From NCBI GenBank assembly GCA_001787125.1, contig MFVU01000032.1:1-38955 (forward strand): 38,955 nt of DNA. The letters are read 5' to 3'. Both the position numbers and the translations under genes were made by a program. Positions 9,503-18,506 of this stretch are shown piece by piece. The notes beneath the pieces were generated by a model. The model worked only from the letters and a program-made list of their open reading frames with translations. It was not told the origin of the DNA and made no database searches. This DNA comes from Candidatus Nomurabacteria bacterium RIFCSPLOWO2_12_FULL_44_11. Its GTDB lineage: Bacteria; Patescibacteriota; Minisyncoccia; Phycocordibacterales; UBA9973. Position 1 is the first letter of the stretch; each line of letters starts with the position of its first letter.

Positions 9503-10306
9503 ATGAAGTTTTACAAATACCACGGTGCGGGCAACGACTTCCTGATGATCGACAACCGGAGCGGGCGTTTTGATATTCATGATGTGGAAAAGATAAAGCT
9601 ACTATGCCACAGGCGTTTTGGTATCGGCGCGGACGGAGTTTTTACCCTCAAGAATCATCCTGATTATGACTTTGAAATGGTTTGGTGCAATAACGACGGC
9701 AGCATGGGGGCAATGTGCGGTAACGGCGGGCGATGCATTGTGCATTTCGCGCACAATATTTTAAAAATTAAAGGAAAATTTCTGAAAAACCCGAAAAAAG
9801 TGAAATTTTTGGCCGTGGACGGCGAACATGAAGCGAAGATTCTTTCAGACGGTCGGGTGAAGTTAAAAATGCAGGATGTGAAAGACATAGGGCTCCGAAA
9901 TGACCTCACTTTCCTCTCTTCCGGAACCACTCCGCATCATATTCAATATGTGGTGAATGTGGAGAGCTTCCCTGTCTGCGAGGAGGCGAGGAAAATTCGT
10001 GATAAAGATGATAATTCAAAAGGGGTAAATGTAAATTACGTGGAAAATAAAAATGGGGTATTTCATGTCCGCACTTATGAACGCGGCGTAGAAGATGAAA
10101 CATTGGCCTGCGGTACAGGGGCTACTTCTGTTGCTGTCGCCTCGCACTATTTAGGAATGTTAAAAGAAAATATCTGCCACATCAAACAGCCGGGCGGAGA
10201 GCTTACGGTGGAATTTGATCCGCCAGCTGGCGGACCGGATGGCACCTACAAAAACATCTGGCTCACCGGCCCGGCAGTGTGTGTATTTAAAGGAGAAATC
10301 GCGTAA
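9503..10306 (+). CDS. dapF: Diaminopimelate epimerase
   Basis: KYHGAGNDF, GIGADG, MCGNGGRC and YERGVEDETLACGTG. Start ATG 9503 lies 7 nt after TATAAT. Confidence 0.95.
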   Translation: MKFYKYHGAGNDFLMIDNRSGRFDIHDVEKIKLLCHRRFGIGADGVFTLKNHPDYDFEMVWCNNDGSMGAMCGNGGRCIVHFAHNILKIKGKFLKNPKKVKFLAVDGEHEAKILSDGRVKLKMQDVKDIGLRNDLTFLSSGTTPHHIQYVVNVESFPVCEEARKIRDKDDNSKGVNVNYVENKNGVFHVRTYERGVEDETLACGTGATSVAVASHYLGMLKENICHIKQPGGELTVEFDPPAGGPDGTYKNIWLTGPAVCVFKGEIA

Positions 10307-10329
10307 CTACGTAATTTACGTCCACGCAA

Positions 10330-10863
10330 TTAAAGTCCCTGATTTTTTGATTGGCGCGCGCGGGCAATGACTTCATCCCGCAATTGTTCGGCTACTTCTT
10401 TGGAAAGTCCCACCAATCTGCCTTCGGTAATCCCTCCGTATCCCCCGGTATATCCACTGCCGCCGGCCGTTTGAATATGCAAGTCCGAGAGTCCAAGTAA
10501 ACGAGCAAGTATGCCGCGATAAATATCCACGTTCTGGATGCGATCATAGGGAATGGTTACATACTTTTTATAGATAACTCCGGATTCTTTTTTGAAGCCG
10601 TTCTCAGCGAGTTCATAGCGGTAGAAGCGATAAGTAAGCTTGGCCCAGATAAAACATACAATTATGAGTGCCAGGGCAACCAAGAGAATCCAAATCGCTG
10701 AATCACGTAACTGAACTTCTCTCACTCCATCCACAAACACTGTACTTGCATTGTCAGCCAAAAATCCCCCGACCCAGATACTGAAGATAATAATGGGAAT
10801 AAACGAGCTCAGAACGAAACTGAACGAGAACAACCACACTGCCTTCGGATCTAATTGTTTCAT
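10330..10863 (-). CDS. Membrane protein with bacterial PH domain (bPH_2/YdbS-like)
   Basis: Two TM helices, then SGVIYKKYVTIPYDRIQNVDIYRGILARLLGLSDLHIQTAG; start MKQLDPK at 10863. Confidence 0.85.
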   Translation of the reverse strand: MKQLDPKAVWLFSFSFVLSSFIPIIIFSIWVGGFLADNASTVFVDGVREVQLRDSAIWILLVALALIIVCFIWAKLTYRFYRYELAENGFKKESGVIYKKYVTIPYDRIQNVDIYRGILARLLGLSDLHIQTAGGSGYTGGYGGITEGRLVGLSKEVAEQLRDEVIARARQSKNQGL

Positions 10864-11245
10864 GAAGATAATTTTTGTAAATTTATCGAGCCCTGGTTTC
10901 AAGGCGCTCGACGCGCACTCTTAAATTTTCAATATTCCTTTCTTGAGAGATATCCGTATGCATTAATGTCGCCATGGTCTGCCGGTGCTCTCTGCCTTCC
11001 TCCGTAAACACCTGCATTTGTTTGAGCAATAATGCAAAGGCCTTATCGTGCTGGGCAAGCTTTTCATCAATCTTATTGAATCTTTCGTCAACTTTAGAAA
11101 ACGCCTTGGCGGTAGAGGCCATGGCTTTCTCAAATGCGGACATCGTTACATGCTGTTTAGATTTGCCGTCCTTCATGCTCTTAGCATAGCATACACCGAG
11201 AAAATACAAAAGAATTACACTGCCTTCGGATCTAATTGTTGCATG
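10836..11245. repeat. 29-bp direct repeat (10836-10864 and 11217-11245, 28/29 identical) duplicating the 5' end of the PH-domain gene
   Basis: acactgccttcggatctaattgtt(t/g)catg at both positions. Confidence 0.85.
10883..11176 (-). CDS. Small coiled-coil hypothetical protein
   Basis: Heptad pattern FSKVDERFNKIDEKL...LRVRVERLE; likely start MKDGK at 11176. Confidence 0.65.
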   Translation of the reverse strand: MKDGKSKQHVTMSAFEKAMASTAKAFSKVDERFNKIDEKLAQHDKAFALLLKQMQVFTEEGREHRQTMATLMHTDISQERNIENLRVRVERLETRAR

Positions 11246-11294
11246 TAGTATTATTTACAGCCACTTGGTACTCGGGATACTAAAATTACAATCT

Positions 11295-11777
11295 TTACCT
11301 TCTCCACCGTTCACCGAGCAGCGTATTTGGACAATTGTCATGCCATTTTTCAACAGCAACAATGTAATAGCTAAGCGCCACTTGACATTCAAAATTATTT
11401 TCTGCGTTTACCTCGATACTGCAGTTATTATGCATATATTCTTCTTGAATAATTTTTATATAATTTTGCAGATCAGCGCAAAAAACATCATCGAAACCCT
11501 CTTTTCCCGCTGAATTATCACTGTCGTTTTCTTTCGTATCGCTATCTGCGGCCTTCGACGTAGATAAATTCACTGATATGCCGGAAGGGTTTTTACTTTT
11601 AAAATAATTTTCCACGTATGCAGTTTTGTCTTGCGAACCATTATATCCACTCAAAAATTCTTTTATGTCATTGGAGGTTTGTTTTTCTTTATATTGCCCC
11701 ACGCCCCACTGCACACCAAGAACAAGTACAACGCCGACCAACACTCCGACTAATATATTTTTATTTAAAAAATTCAT
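11295..11777 (-). CDS. Hypothetical membrane-anchored protein
   Basis: N-terminal TM (ILVGVLVGVVLVLGV) and four Cys in the C-terminal part; likely start MNFLNK. Confidence 0.65.
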   Translation of the reverse strand: MNFLNKNILVGVLVGVVLVLGVQWGVGQYKEKQTSNDIKEFLSGYNGSQDKTAYVENYFKSKNPSGISVNLSTSKAADSDTKENDSDNSAGKEGFDDVFCADLQNYIKIIQEEYMHNNCSIEVNAENNFECQVALSYYIVAVEKWHDNCPNTLLGERWRR

Positions 11778-11888
11778 AATGATGTTAATAATTAATACTA
11801 AATATCCGACGTTGTAATTATAAGTCTGTAAAGCCCCCCGCAACAAGATAGTGGGGATAACTCTCGCACCTTTTGTTTTATGGCTCTG

Positions 11889-12089
11889 CTATTTACCTTG
11901 GTTAGGTGGCAAGATAATTCCCAAATCCTTGCAAATTTTCTCCGCCAAAAAACTGCGAATATCCGCGTGCCTTGGTATAGTCGAGCTCTTGTTTGTTTTC
12001 GGATTGTAGTATACAGAATGCTTAGAACCTTCACGAGCAAAGAAGCAATTATTTTTCTCTAAATGCTTAATTAAGAGAACTCGCTTCAT
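11889..12089 (-). CDS. hicA: HicA-family toxin (mRNA interferase)
   Basis: REGSKHSVYYNP...TIPRH HicA pattern; downstream of a HicB-like gene. Confidence 0.85.
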   Translation of the reverse strand: MKRVLLIKHLEKNNCFFAREGSKHSVYYNPKTNKSSTIPRHADIRSFLAEKICKDLGIILPPNQGK

Positions 12090-12097
12090 GAAAAAAG

Positions 12098-12316
12098 TTA
12101 AGCTATGAGTGGTTCACGAATGACTTTATTGTTACCGAAAGAACTCAAAGAAACAAGGTGGTTGGTTTCTAAAATAAGTGACAAGGCCTCGCGCAAATTA
12201 TCCCTCGCTTCGCGCAATGTTCTGCCTTGGGTATTCGCCCCGGGAATTTCTTCAATCCAGGCCAAATACCAATTTCCCGACTTTTTATATATAGCTGTAT
12301 ATTGTTTTCGGTTCAT
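12098..12316 (-). CDS. hicB: HicB-family antitoxin (short, no obvious DNA-binding domain)
   Basis: WYLAWIEEIPGANTQGRTLREARDNLREAL HicB-like motif. Confidence 0.85.
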   Translation of the reverse strand: MNRKQYTAIYKKSGNWYLAWIEEIPGANTQGRTLREARDNLREALSLILETNHLVSLSSFGNNKVIREPLIA

Positions 12317-12361
12317 ACTACGATTATATCATAATTTTCTTATCTGTAAATATCCCTTCCG

Positions 12362-13402
12362 TTATTTTATGGTCCTACCGGTTTTGATGACGTGATCTAC
12401 TAGTGTATATGTATACCCCATTTCGTTGTCATACCAACCCATGACTTTGACCAAGTTGCCACCCACAACGCGAGTCATTTTGAGGTCGGCGATGGAGCCA
12501 TAGTGACTCCCCAGGATGTCGGAGGAGACCAGCGGTTCTTCGGTAACGGAAAAAATATTCTCCCAGCGTTTTTCTTTCGCCGCTTTTTTGAGGATGGCGT
12601 TCACTTCTTCCGCTGTCGTTGGTTTTTTGGAAATGAAAGTAATGTCCACGATGGAGCCCGCCACTACCGGCACACGGATAGAGATACCATCAAAAAGTCC
12701 TGCAAGTTTGGTAAAGGCGTTGGTTACGGCAATGGCCGCACCGGTAGAAGACGGCACGATGTTCTCGGCCGCCGCTCTGCCTTCGCGTAAATCTTTTTTG
12801 CTAGGACCATCCACGAGAGCTTGTGAAGCAGTATAACCATGGACGGTATTTAATATTGCTTTTTCAATTCCGATCGTTTCATCTAAAATTGCAATGAGAG
12901 GGCTGGCCGCGTTTGTGGTGCAGGAAGCATTTGAAGTAATATCGCAAGTGCCGAACTTCTCTTCATTCACGCCCATCAAAATCGTCTCCCCATGCACTGC
13001 TTGCCCTGAGCCCGTCGAAGGGTCGCCCTTGGCCGGAGCGGTTATAACCACTTTTTTGGCTCCCGCATCCAAATGCACTTTCGCTTTTTCAAAAGAGGTA
13101 AATAGTCCTGTTGCCTCCACCACAACGTCAATATTTAAATCCTTCCATGGAAGTTTAGTCGGGTCTTTTTCGGAAATATATTTTATTTTCTTCCCATCTA
13201 TAACTATATCCGTCCCGCTTGCCTTAACTTCATGATTCCAGGTTCTATACACCGTATCGTATTTCAAAAGATAGGCCATGCTCTCAATAGAACCCAGATC
13301 ATTTACTGCTACTACCTCAAGCTCGGGCCTATCCCACGATTCTTTTAAAAATGCTCGCCCAATCCTCCCGAAACCATTAATACCAACTTTGATTTTCTTC
13401 AT
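12362..13402 (-). CDS. gap: Glyceraldehyde-3-phosphate dehydrogenase (type I)
   Basis: GINGFGRIG, active site SNASCTTN, WYDNE; start reassigned to ATG 13402 (MKKIKV). Confidence 0.96.
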   Translation of the reverse strand: MKKIKVGINGFGRIGRAFLKESWDRPELEVVAVNDLGSIESMAYLLKYDTVYRTWNHEVKASGTDIVIDGKKIKYISEKDPTKLPWKDLNIDVVVEATGLFTSFEKAKVHLDAGAKKVVITAPAKGDPSTGSGQAVHGETILMGVNEEKFGTCDITSNASCTTNAASPLIAILDETIGIEKAILNTVHGYTASQALVDGPSKKDLREGRAAAENIVPSSTGAAIAVTNAFTKLAGLFDGISIRVPVVAGSIVDITFISKKPTTAEEVNAILKKAAKEKRWENIFSVTEEPLVSSDILGSHYGSIADLKMTRVVGGNLVKVMGWYDNEMGYTYTLVDHVIKTGRTIK

Positions 13403-13409
13403 AATAGTA

Positions 13410-13736
13410 TTATATAAATTTATATGTCTTTTTCCAAGTGGAGATAGTGCCTTTTCTGTCAGATAGAGTAAGTTTTCCGAAAGTCCTTTCAATATCGTCT
13501 TTAGCCAAACACGCAATTTTAGAAAGGCGTAACCAGGATTCTAAAAGCAGGCCAGAATTCTGCCACTCCTTTATTTCATAATCACCTTTACCTTTTCGTT
13601 CAGTTGTTGTAATTGGGGCTAAAACTATGTCGTCATCCCCATAATCTAAAATCACTAGAGCCGGCCGCTTTTTTCTCACACCATCGGGCTGTAAAAATAA
13701 AACAAGAATAATATCTCCGAATTTATATCGAGTCAT
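13410..13736 (-). CDS. PemK/MazF-family toxin
   Basis: KFGDIILVLF..KKRPALVI..LAPITT..GLLLES motifs; start MTRYK at 13736 overlaps the upstream gene's end. Confidence 0.85.
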   Translation of the reverse strand: MTRYKFGDIILVLFLQPDGVRKKRPALVILDYGDDDIVLAPITTTERKGKGDYEIKEWQNSGLLLESWLRLSKIACLAKDDIERTFGKLTLSDRKGTISTWKKTYKFI

Positions 13737-13947
13737 AAATAGCGTCAGCGGAGCTATAAGATTTGAGCAAACTTCTCTTTGCCTTACTGTTCCAATTTTC
13801 CTGAATACCCATAGTAAAACGCCCAGTGGCAAAATCTCTTGTTGCGGATTGAAGAAAATCACTGAGAGCTATACCCAAAAGCTTTGCTTTTTTTTGGGCA
13901 ACTTTTTTTACTTTGGCATCGATTTTAAACATGATTTGTGTGGTCAT
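13723..13947 (-). CDS. Putative antitoxin (RHH/RelB-like N-terminus)
   Basis: 74 aa; TQIMFKIDAKVKKVAQKKAKLLGIALSDFL resembles a ribbon-helix-helix; overlaps the PemK-like toxin start. Confidence 0.7.
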   Translation of the reverse strand: MTTQIMFKIDAKVKKVAQKKAKLLGIALSDFLQSATRDFATGRFTMGIQENWNSKAKRSLLKSYSSADAIYDSI

Positions 13948-14019
13948 CCCAGTACTAAAATTTTAATTAATAATCTTTATCGTTATGCCCCGTAATCAAA
14001 AATTTAGTACGGGACAGGT
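13945..14019 (-). repeat. Inverted-repeat leader element, copy B (ends in the antitoxin ATG)
   Basis: Reverse complement matches 27416-27490 at 72/75 positions. Confidence 0.9.
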
Positions 14020-14025
14020 ATTACA

Positions 14026-14053
14026 AGTATATACTTTGTTATAACATTGTCAA
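14026..14053 (-). promoter_or_regulatory. Sigma70-type promoter for the antitoxin-toxin pair
   Basis: TTGACA-N16-TATACT on the minus strand, 6 nt before leader element B. Confidence 0.6.
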
Positions 14054-14126
14054 TACCCTTAATCATCCTGTCCCCCTGACAAGGGGGACTATAGGGGGTT
14101 AAAGAATTATGCTAATATGAAAACAA

Positions 14127-17100
14127 ATGGAAAAAACCCAGCAATTCATTCACCTCCATACCCACTCCCATTATTCCTTACTCGACGGGCTTTCGAAGCT
14201 TGAGGACTTGGTGGATTTGGCTAAAAAATTCGGAATGAAGGCCATGGCGCTCACCGATCATGGCAATATGTATGGTGCAATTGAGTTTTATAAACTGGCC
14301 AAGAAAGCCGGCATTAAGCCAATAATTGGAGTGGAGGCCTATGTGGCAAATCGTGGCAGGGCAGATAAAGATCCAAATATCGATAACAAGAGATTTCATC
14401 TCACTCTTCTGGCAAAAAATTTGGAGGGCTATAAAAATTTGATAAAGCTCGTCACCATCTCGCACCTGGAGGGATATTATTACAAGCCACGCATGGACAA
14501 AGAAATATTGCGCAAATATTCGGGCGGGCTAATCGCGCTCTCCGGCTGCCTGGGCGGCGAGTTAGCAAAAGCTCTGTCCCAAAAAGATGAAGAAAAAGCA
14601 GAGAAAATAATAAAAGAACACCAAGAAATATTCGGCAAAGAAAATTATTTTCTGGAAATCCAAAAACATTCCAAAATGCCGGACGACGAGAAAGTGCGAG
14701 AAGGCATCATTACCCTAGGTAAAAAATTAAATATTCCTCTGGTGGCTACGGTTGATTCCCATTATCCCTGCGAAGACGACAATAAAGCACACGATACTTT
14801 ACTTTCAATCCAAACCAACTCGGACATCAAAGACGAAAACAAATTCTCTTTCGGCGAAGATGATTATTCTTTCATTAGTAGCGAGAAAGCATATGAATTA
14901 TTCGAAGATATCCCAGAAGCCGTAACCAATACTCTCGAAGTTGCCGCGAGTTGCAACCTGGAGCTTAAGCTCGGGCGCTGGGTCTTCCCTGATTTTAAAA
15001 TCGAGAGCGGAAAAACTCCGGATGAGAGGCTGCGTGAGCTAACCTATGCAGGATTCAAAAGATTGGACCTGAAGGAAACAAAAGAATTAAAAGATCGGGT
15101 GGAATATGAATTGAAAATTATTTTCGATAAAGGATATTCGCCATATTTCCTGGTAGTGGGAGACCTGTTGTATTATGCCAAGAACAACGGAATTTTAACG
15201 GCAATCCGCGGATCGGTAGCGGGCTCTATAGTAACTTACCTTTTAGGAATTACAAATATTGACCCCATAGAATACAAGCTGCCGTTTGAAAGATTTTTAA
15301 ATCCTTTCCGGCCAACAGCCCCGGATATTGATATGGATTTTGCCGACAACCGCCGCGATGAAATGATCGAATATGTTAAAAAAAAATATGGCGAGGACCG
15401 CGTGGCGCAGATCGGAACTTTTGGCACCATGATGGCCCGCGGCGCGGTGCGCGATGTAGCCCGCGCCTTGGCTTACCCTTACACTGTGGGCGACCGGATT
15501 TCCAAAATGATCCCTCTGGGAAGCCAGGGCTTCCCCATGACCATTGATCATGCGATGGAAATTGTCCCCGAGCTCCGCGACGCATACAAGAATGAGAAAG
15601 ATACGAGAGAAATAATAGATATCGCTAAAAAATTGGAGGGATGCGTGCGACATGTGTCCGTGCATGCGGCCGGCGTAGTTATCGCCCCGGGTCCGATATC
15701 GGACTATATGCCCACCCAGTTTGATCCTAAAGGTGGAAAAATTATTACTCAATACGACATGTATAGTGCCGAAGACGCAGGGCTATTGAAGTTTGACTTC
15801 CTTGGCATCCGGAATCTCGCGATTTTGGCCGATGCCGTCCGGCTGGTGAAAAAATTCTACAATATTGATATAGATATCGAGCGCATTCCGTTAAATGACA
15901 GGAAAACTTTTGCACTTCTTGCCCGCGGCGAAACGGAAGGACTTTTTCAGTTAAATGGCGCCGGCATGACCCGATATTTAAAGGAGCTAAAGCCCACAAG
16001 TATTCACGACATTAACGCCATGGTAGCGCTCTACCGGCCGGGACCCATGGAGACGATTCCGGAATATATCCGGCGCAAGCACAATCCGCAGTTGGTAACC
16101 TACATGGACCCGCGGATGAAAAAATTCTTGGGTGAATCCTACGGACTGATTGTTTATCAGGATGACCTCCTCTTCTGCGCGCTTGAGCTTGCCGGTTACA
16201 ACTGGGAAGAGGCAGACAAATTCCGCAAAGCAGTGGGTAAAAAAATTCCCGCGGAAATGGCCGCGCAAAGAGAGAAATTTACCGCAGGTGTGATAAAAAA
16301 CGGCCAGACGCCGGAATTTGCCGAGCGCTTATGGAAACTCTTCGAGCCGTTTCAGGCATATGGTTTCAACAAGGCGCACGCCGCCAGCTATGGCAAAGTT
16401 GCCTACCAGACGGCCTACATGAAAGCGCATTATCCGGTGGAATACATGACGGCGATTCTCACCGCCGAGTCCGGCGACGTGGAAAAAATTGGCGAGATAA
16501 TCGACGAATGCAAAAAAATGAAAATTCCGGTCCTGCCGCCCGACATCAACGAGAGCTATGGCGGATTTACGGTCGTGCGCGACGGAGAAAAAAGCAAGGA
16601 GATAAGATTCGGGCTCTTCACCATAAAAAATTTAGGCACCGACATCGCACAGGCAATTATTGATGAGCGGAAAGCAATCGGGAAATTTAAATCCATTACT
16701 GATTTTCTGGACCGCATCAAGCACAAAAATTTAAATAAAAAATCTCTCGAGGCCTTGATCAAGTCCGGCTGTTTTGACACTCTCGCCCTACGCGGGGAAC
16801 TCCTCGCGAACTTGGAAGACATGCTCTCGTATAATCACGAAAGCAGTAAGCAGAGCAAAAATCAGACCTCGCTTTTCGGTAGCGGAATAATAAAGCCGCC
16901 GGAATTTAAATTGCGCCCCGCCCTAGACGCGACCCAACAAGAAAAACTCCTCTGGGAGAAAGAGCTACTCGGCCTCTACATCTCCGGGCATCCGCTTGAC
17001 CGTATCCGCGATAAACTGGAGAAGCGAGATGTAAATATAAAAAAAATAAAAGATGGTGAAGAGAGCAAGCTTGGTAACGGCATGCCGGTAACAATAGCGG

Positions 17101-17324
17101 GGATTATAGATACTGTGCGGCAGGTAATTACTCGGAACAACGAGCGGATGGTATTTATCAAAATCTCCGATCTTACCGGCTCTATCGAAGCCGTCGCCTT
17201 CCCTTCCATTTTCAAGGACACGGTGGATATCTGGGTGCCGGAGAAATGCATTGCCATCTCCGGCAAGGTCTCTTTGCGCTCCGGCGAGAAGAGCATTATA
17301 ATTGAAGGAGTAAAAGAGGTTTAA
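14127..17324 (+). CDS. dnaE: DNA polymerase III alpha subunit
   Basis: PHP domain HLHTHSHYSLLDG, RGSVAGS, PDIDMDF, KFDFLG, YGFNKAH, C-terminal OB fold. Confidence 0.97.
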   Translation: MEKTQQFIHLHTHSHYSLLDGLSKLEDLVDLAKKFGMKAMALTDHGNMYGAIEFYKLAKKAGIKPIIGVEAYVANRGRADKDPNIDNKRFHLTLLAKNLEGYKNLIKLVTISHLEGYYYKPRMDKEILRKYSGGLIALSGCLGGELAKALSQKDEEKAEKIIKEHQEIFGKENYFLEIQKHSKMPDDEKVREGIITLGKKLNIPLVATVDSHYPCEDDNKAHDTLLSIQTNSDIKDENKFSFGEDDYSFISSEKAYELFEDIPEAVTNTLEVAASCNLELKLGRWVFPDFKIESGKTPDERLRELTYAGFKRLDLKETKELKDRVEYELKIIFDKGYSPYFLVVGDLLYYAKNNGILTAIRGSVAGSIVTYLLGITNIDPIEYKLPFERFLNPFRPTAPDIDMDFADNRRDEMIEYVKKKYGEDRVAQIGTFGTMMARGAVRDVARALAYPYTVGDRISKMIPLGSQGFPMTIDHAMEIVPELRDAYKNEKDTREIIDIAKKLEGCVRHVSVHAAGVVIAPGPISDYMPTQFDPKGGKIITQYDMYSAEDAGLLKFDFLGIRNLAILADAVRLVKKFYNIDIDIERIPLNDRKTFALLARGETEGLFQLNGAGMTRYLKELKPTSIHDINAMVALYRPGPMETIPEYIRRKHNPQLVTYMDPRMKKFLGESYGLIVYQDDLLFCALELAGYNWEEADKFRKAVGKKIPAEMAAQREKFTAGVIKNGQTPEFAERLWKLFEPFQAYGFNKAHAASYGKVAYQTAYMKAHYPVEYMTAILTAESGDVEKIGEIIDECKKMKIPVLPPDINESYGGFTVVRDGEKSKEIRFGLFTIKNLGTDIAQAIIDERKAIGKFKSITDFLDRIKHKNLNKKSLEALIKSGCFDTLALRGELLANLEDMLSYNHESSKQSKNQTSLFGSGIIKPPEFKLRPALDATQQEKLLWEKELLGLYISGHPLDRIRDKLEKRDVNIKKIKDGEESKLGNGMPVTIAGIIDTVRQVITRNNERMVFIKISDLTGSIEAVAFPSIFKDTVDIWVPEKCIAISGKVSLRSGEKSIIIEGVKEV

Positions 17325-17360
17325 TTATACAAACTCCCGCCAGGGGCGGGCAGGCATTAC

Positions 17361-17894
17361 TTAATTGTAAATAGACATCGCTTTATTTGAACCTTCAGAA
17401 AATATCATTTCCACGGCTTCGGCCACTTTTTTTGAAAGTTTTTTGAGAATTTCCAGTTCCGACTTTTTGAATTCGCCCAGAATGAAATTGATGACTGCTT
17501 TCTCTCCTTTTGGCTTTTTTACGATGCCTTTACCAGATAGCGCCTTAGGCGCTATCCCGATACGAATACGGAGAAATTCTTCGCTCTTGAGCGCCCGAAT
17601 TATGGACTGGAGGCCGCGATGCCCACCGGAGGAACGATTGAAAGAAATTTTCATCTTGCCGAGCGGCAGATCAATGTCATCGTAAATCACTACAAGCTCG
17701 CTTAAATCTTTTTTTGTTTTGACCAAAGGCGCGACGGCCGTCCCCGACTTATTCATAAAAGTATCGGGCTTTAAAAATTTTATTTTCGGGTTCTTTAATT
17801 TTTTTTCAATCAAGCCAACCACGATCCGCCCGGTATTATGCCGGGTATTTTCGTATTCGTCGCCGGGATTGCCCAAACCTACAACTAACTTCAT
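17361..17894 (-). CDS. pth: Peptidyl-tRNA hydrolase
   Basis: LVVGLGNPG..YENTRHN, KPDTFMNKSG, SGGHRG, RIRIGI. Confidence 0.95.
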   Translation of the reverse strand: MKLVVGLGNPGDEYENTRHNTGRIVVGLIEKKLKNPKIKFLKPDTFMNKSGTAVAPLVKTKKDLSELVVIYDDIDLPLGKMKISFNRSSGGHRGLQSIIRALKSEEFLRIRIGIAPKALSGKGIVKKPKGEKAVINFILGEFKKSELEILKKLSKKVAEAVEMIFSEGSNKAMSIYN

Positions 17895-17954
17895 ATTTAT
17901 ATCATAACAAGATATACCACCCTGTCAACATTTTTATGTGCTATATTATACGGG

Positions 17955-18506
17955 ATGGAAATAGAAAAAGAAAAGTCCGGATGGGAGCTGGTACGATTTG
18001 CAATCATTGCTCTCCTGGTAGTAGTACCGATCCGCCTGTTCATCGCTCAGCCGTTTGTCGTTTCTGGCGCCTCAATGTTTCCGACTTTTGAAGACAAGGA
18101 CTATTTGATTGTCGATGAGCTAACTTATAAATTCAACGAGCCGAAAAGGGATGACGTGATAATATTTCGGTATCCGAATGACACCAAAAAGTTTTTTATA
18201 AAGAGAATTATCGGTTTGCCGAATGAAACAGGGGATATCAAGGGTGGCACCATCACCATTACCAATGAATCACACCCGGACGGGCTTACGCTAGAAGAAC
18301 CGTATGTAAAGAACGGATCAGCAGACAATGTACATTTTGAATTGAAAAACGGGGAGTATTACGTAATGGGCGACAATCGAATTGCCAGCTCCGATTCCAG
18401 ATCTTGGGGCACCGTATCGCGAAAACACATTGTTGGCAGGGCTCTGGTCCGTCTCTGGCCAATCAGTGATATAGATTTCTTGCCAGGTAAATATGAGCCA
18501 AACTAA
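17955..18506 (+). CDS. lepB: Signal peptidase I
   Basis: VSGASMFPT (catalytic Ser), FIKRIIGLP (Lys), GDNRIASSDSR. Confidence 0.95.
   Translation: MEIEKEKSGWELVRFAIIALLVVVPIRLFIAQPFVVSGASMFPTFEDKDYLIVDELTYKFNEPKRDDVIIFRYPNDTKKFFIKRIIGLPNETGDIKGGTITITNESHPDGLTLEEPYVKNGSADNVHFELKNGEYYVMGDNRIASSDSRSWGTVSRKHIVGRALVRLWPISDIDFLPGKYEPN

Noticed and set aside
14127..17324. Intein or split in DnaE
   Set aside because: Length (1065 aa) and continuous motifs fit an uninterrupted DnaE; no intein motifs seen.
17915..17957. TACGGGATG at the lepB start as a fifth leader element
   Set aside because: The 3' terminus matches but there is no convincing TCCCGT 5' arm or internal ACGGGG; at most a remnant.
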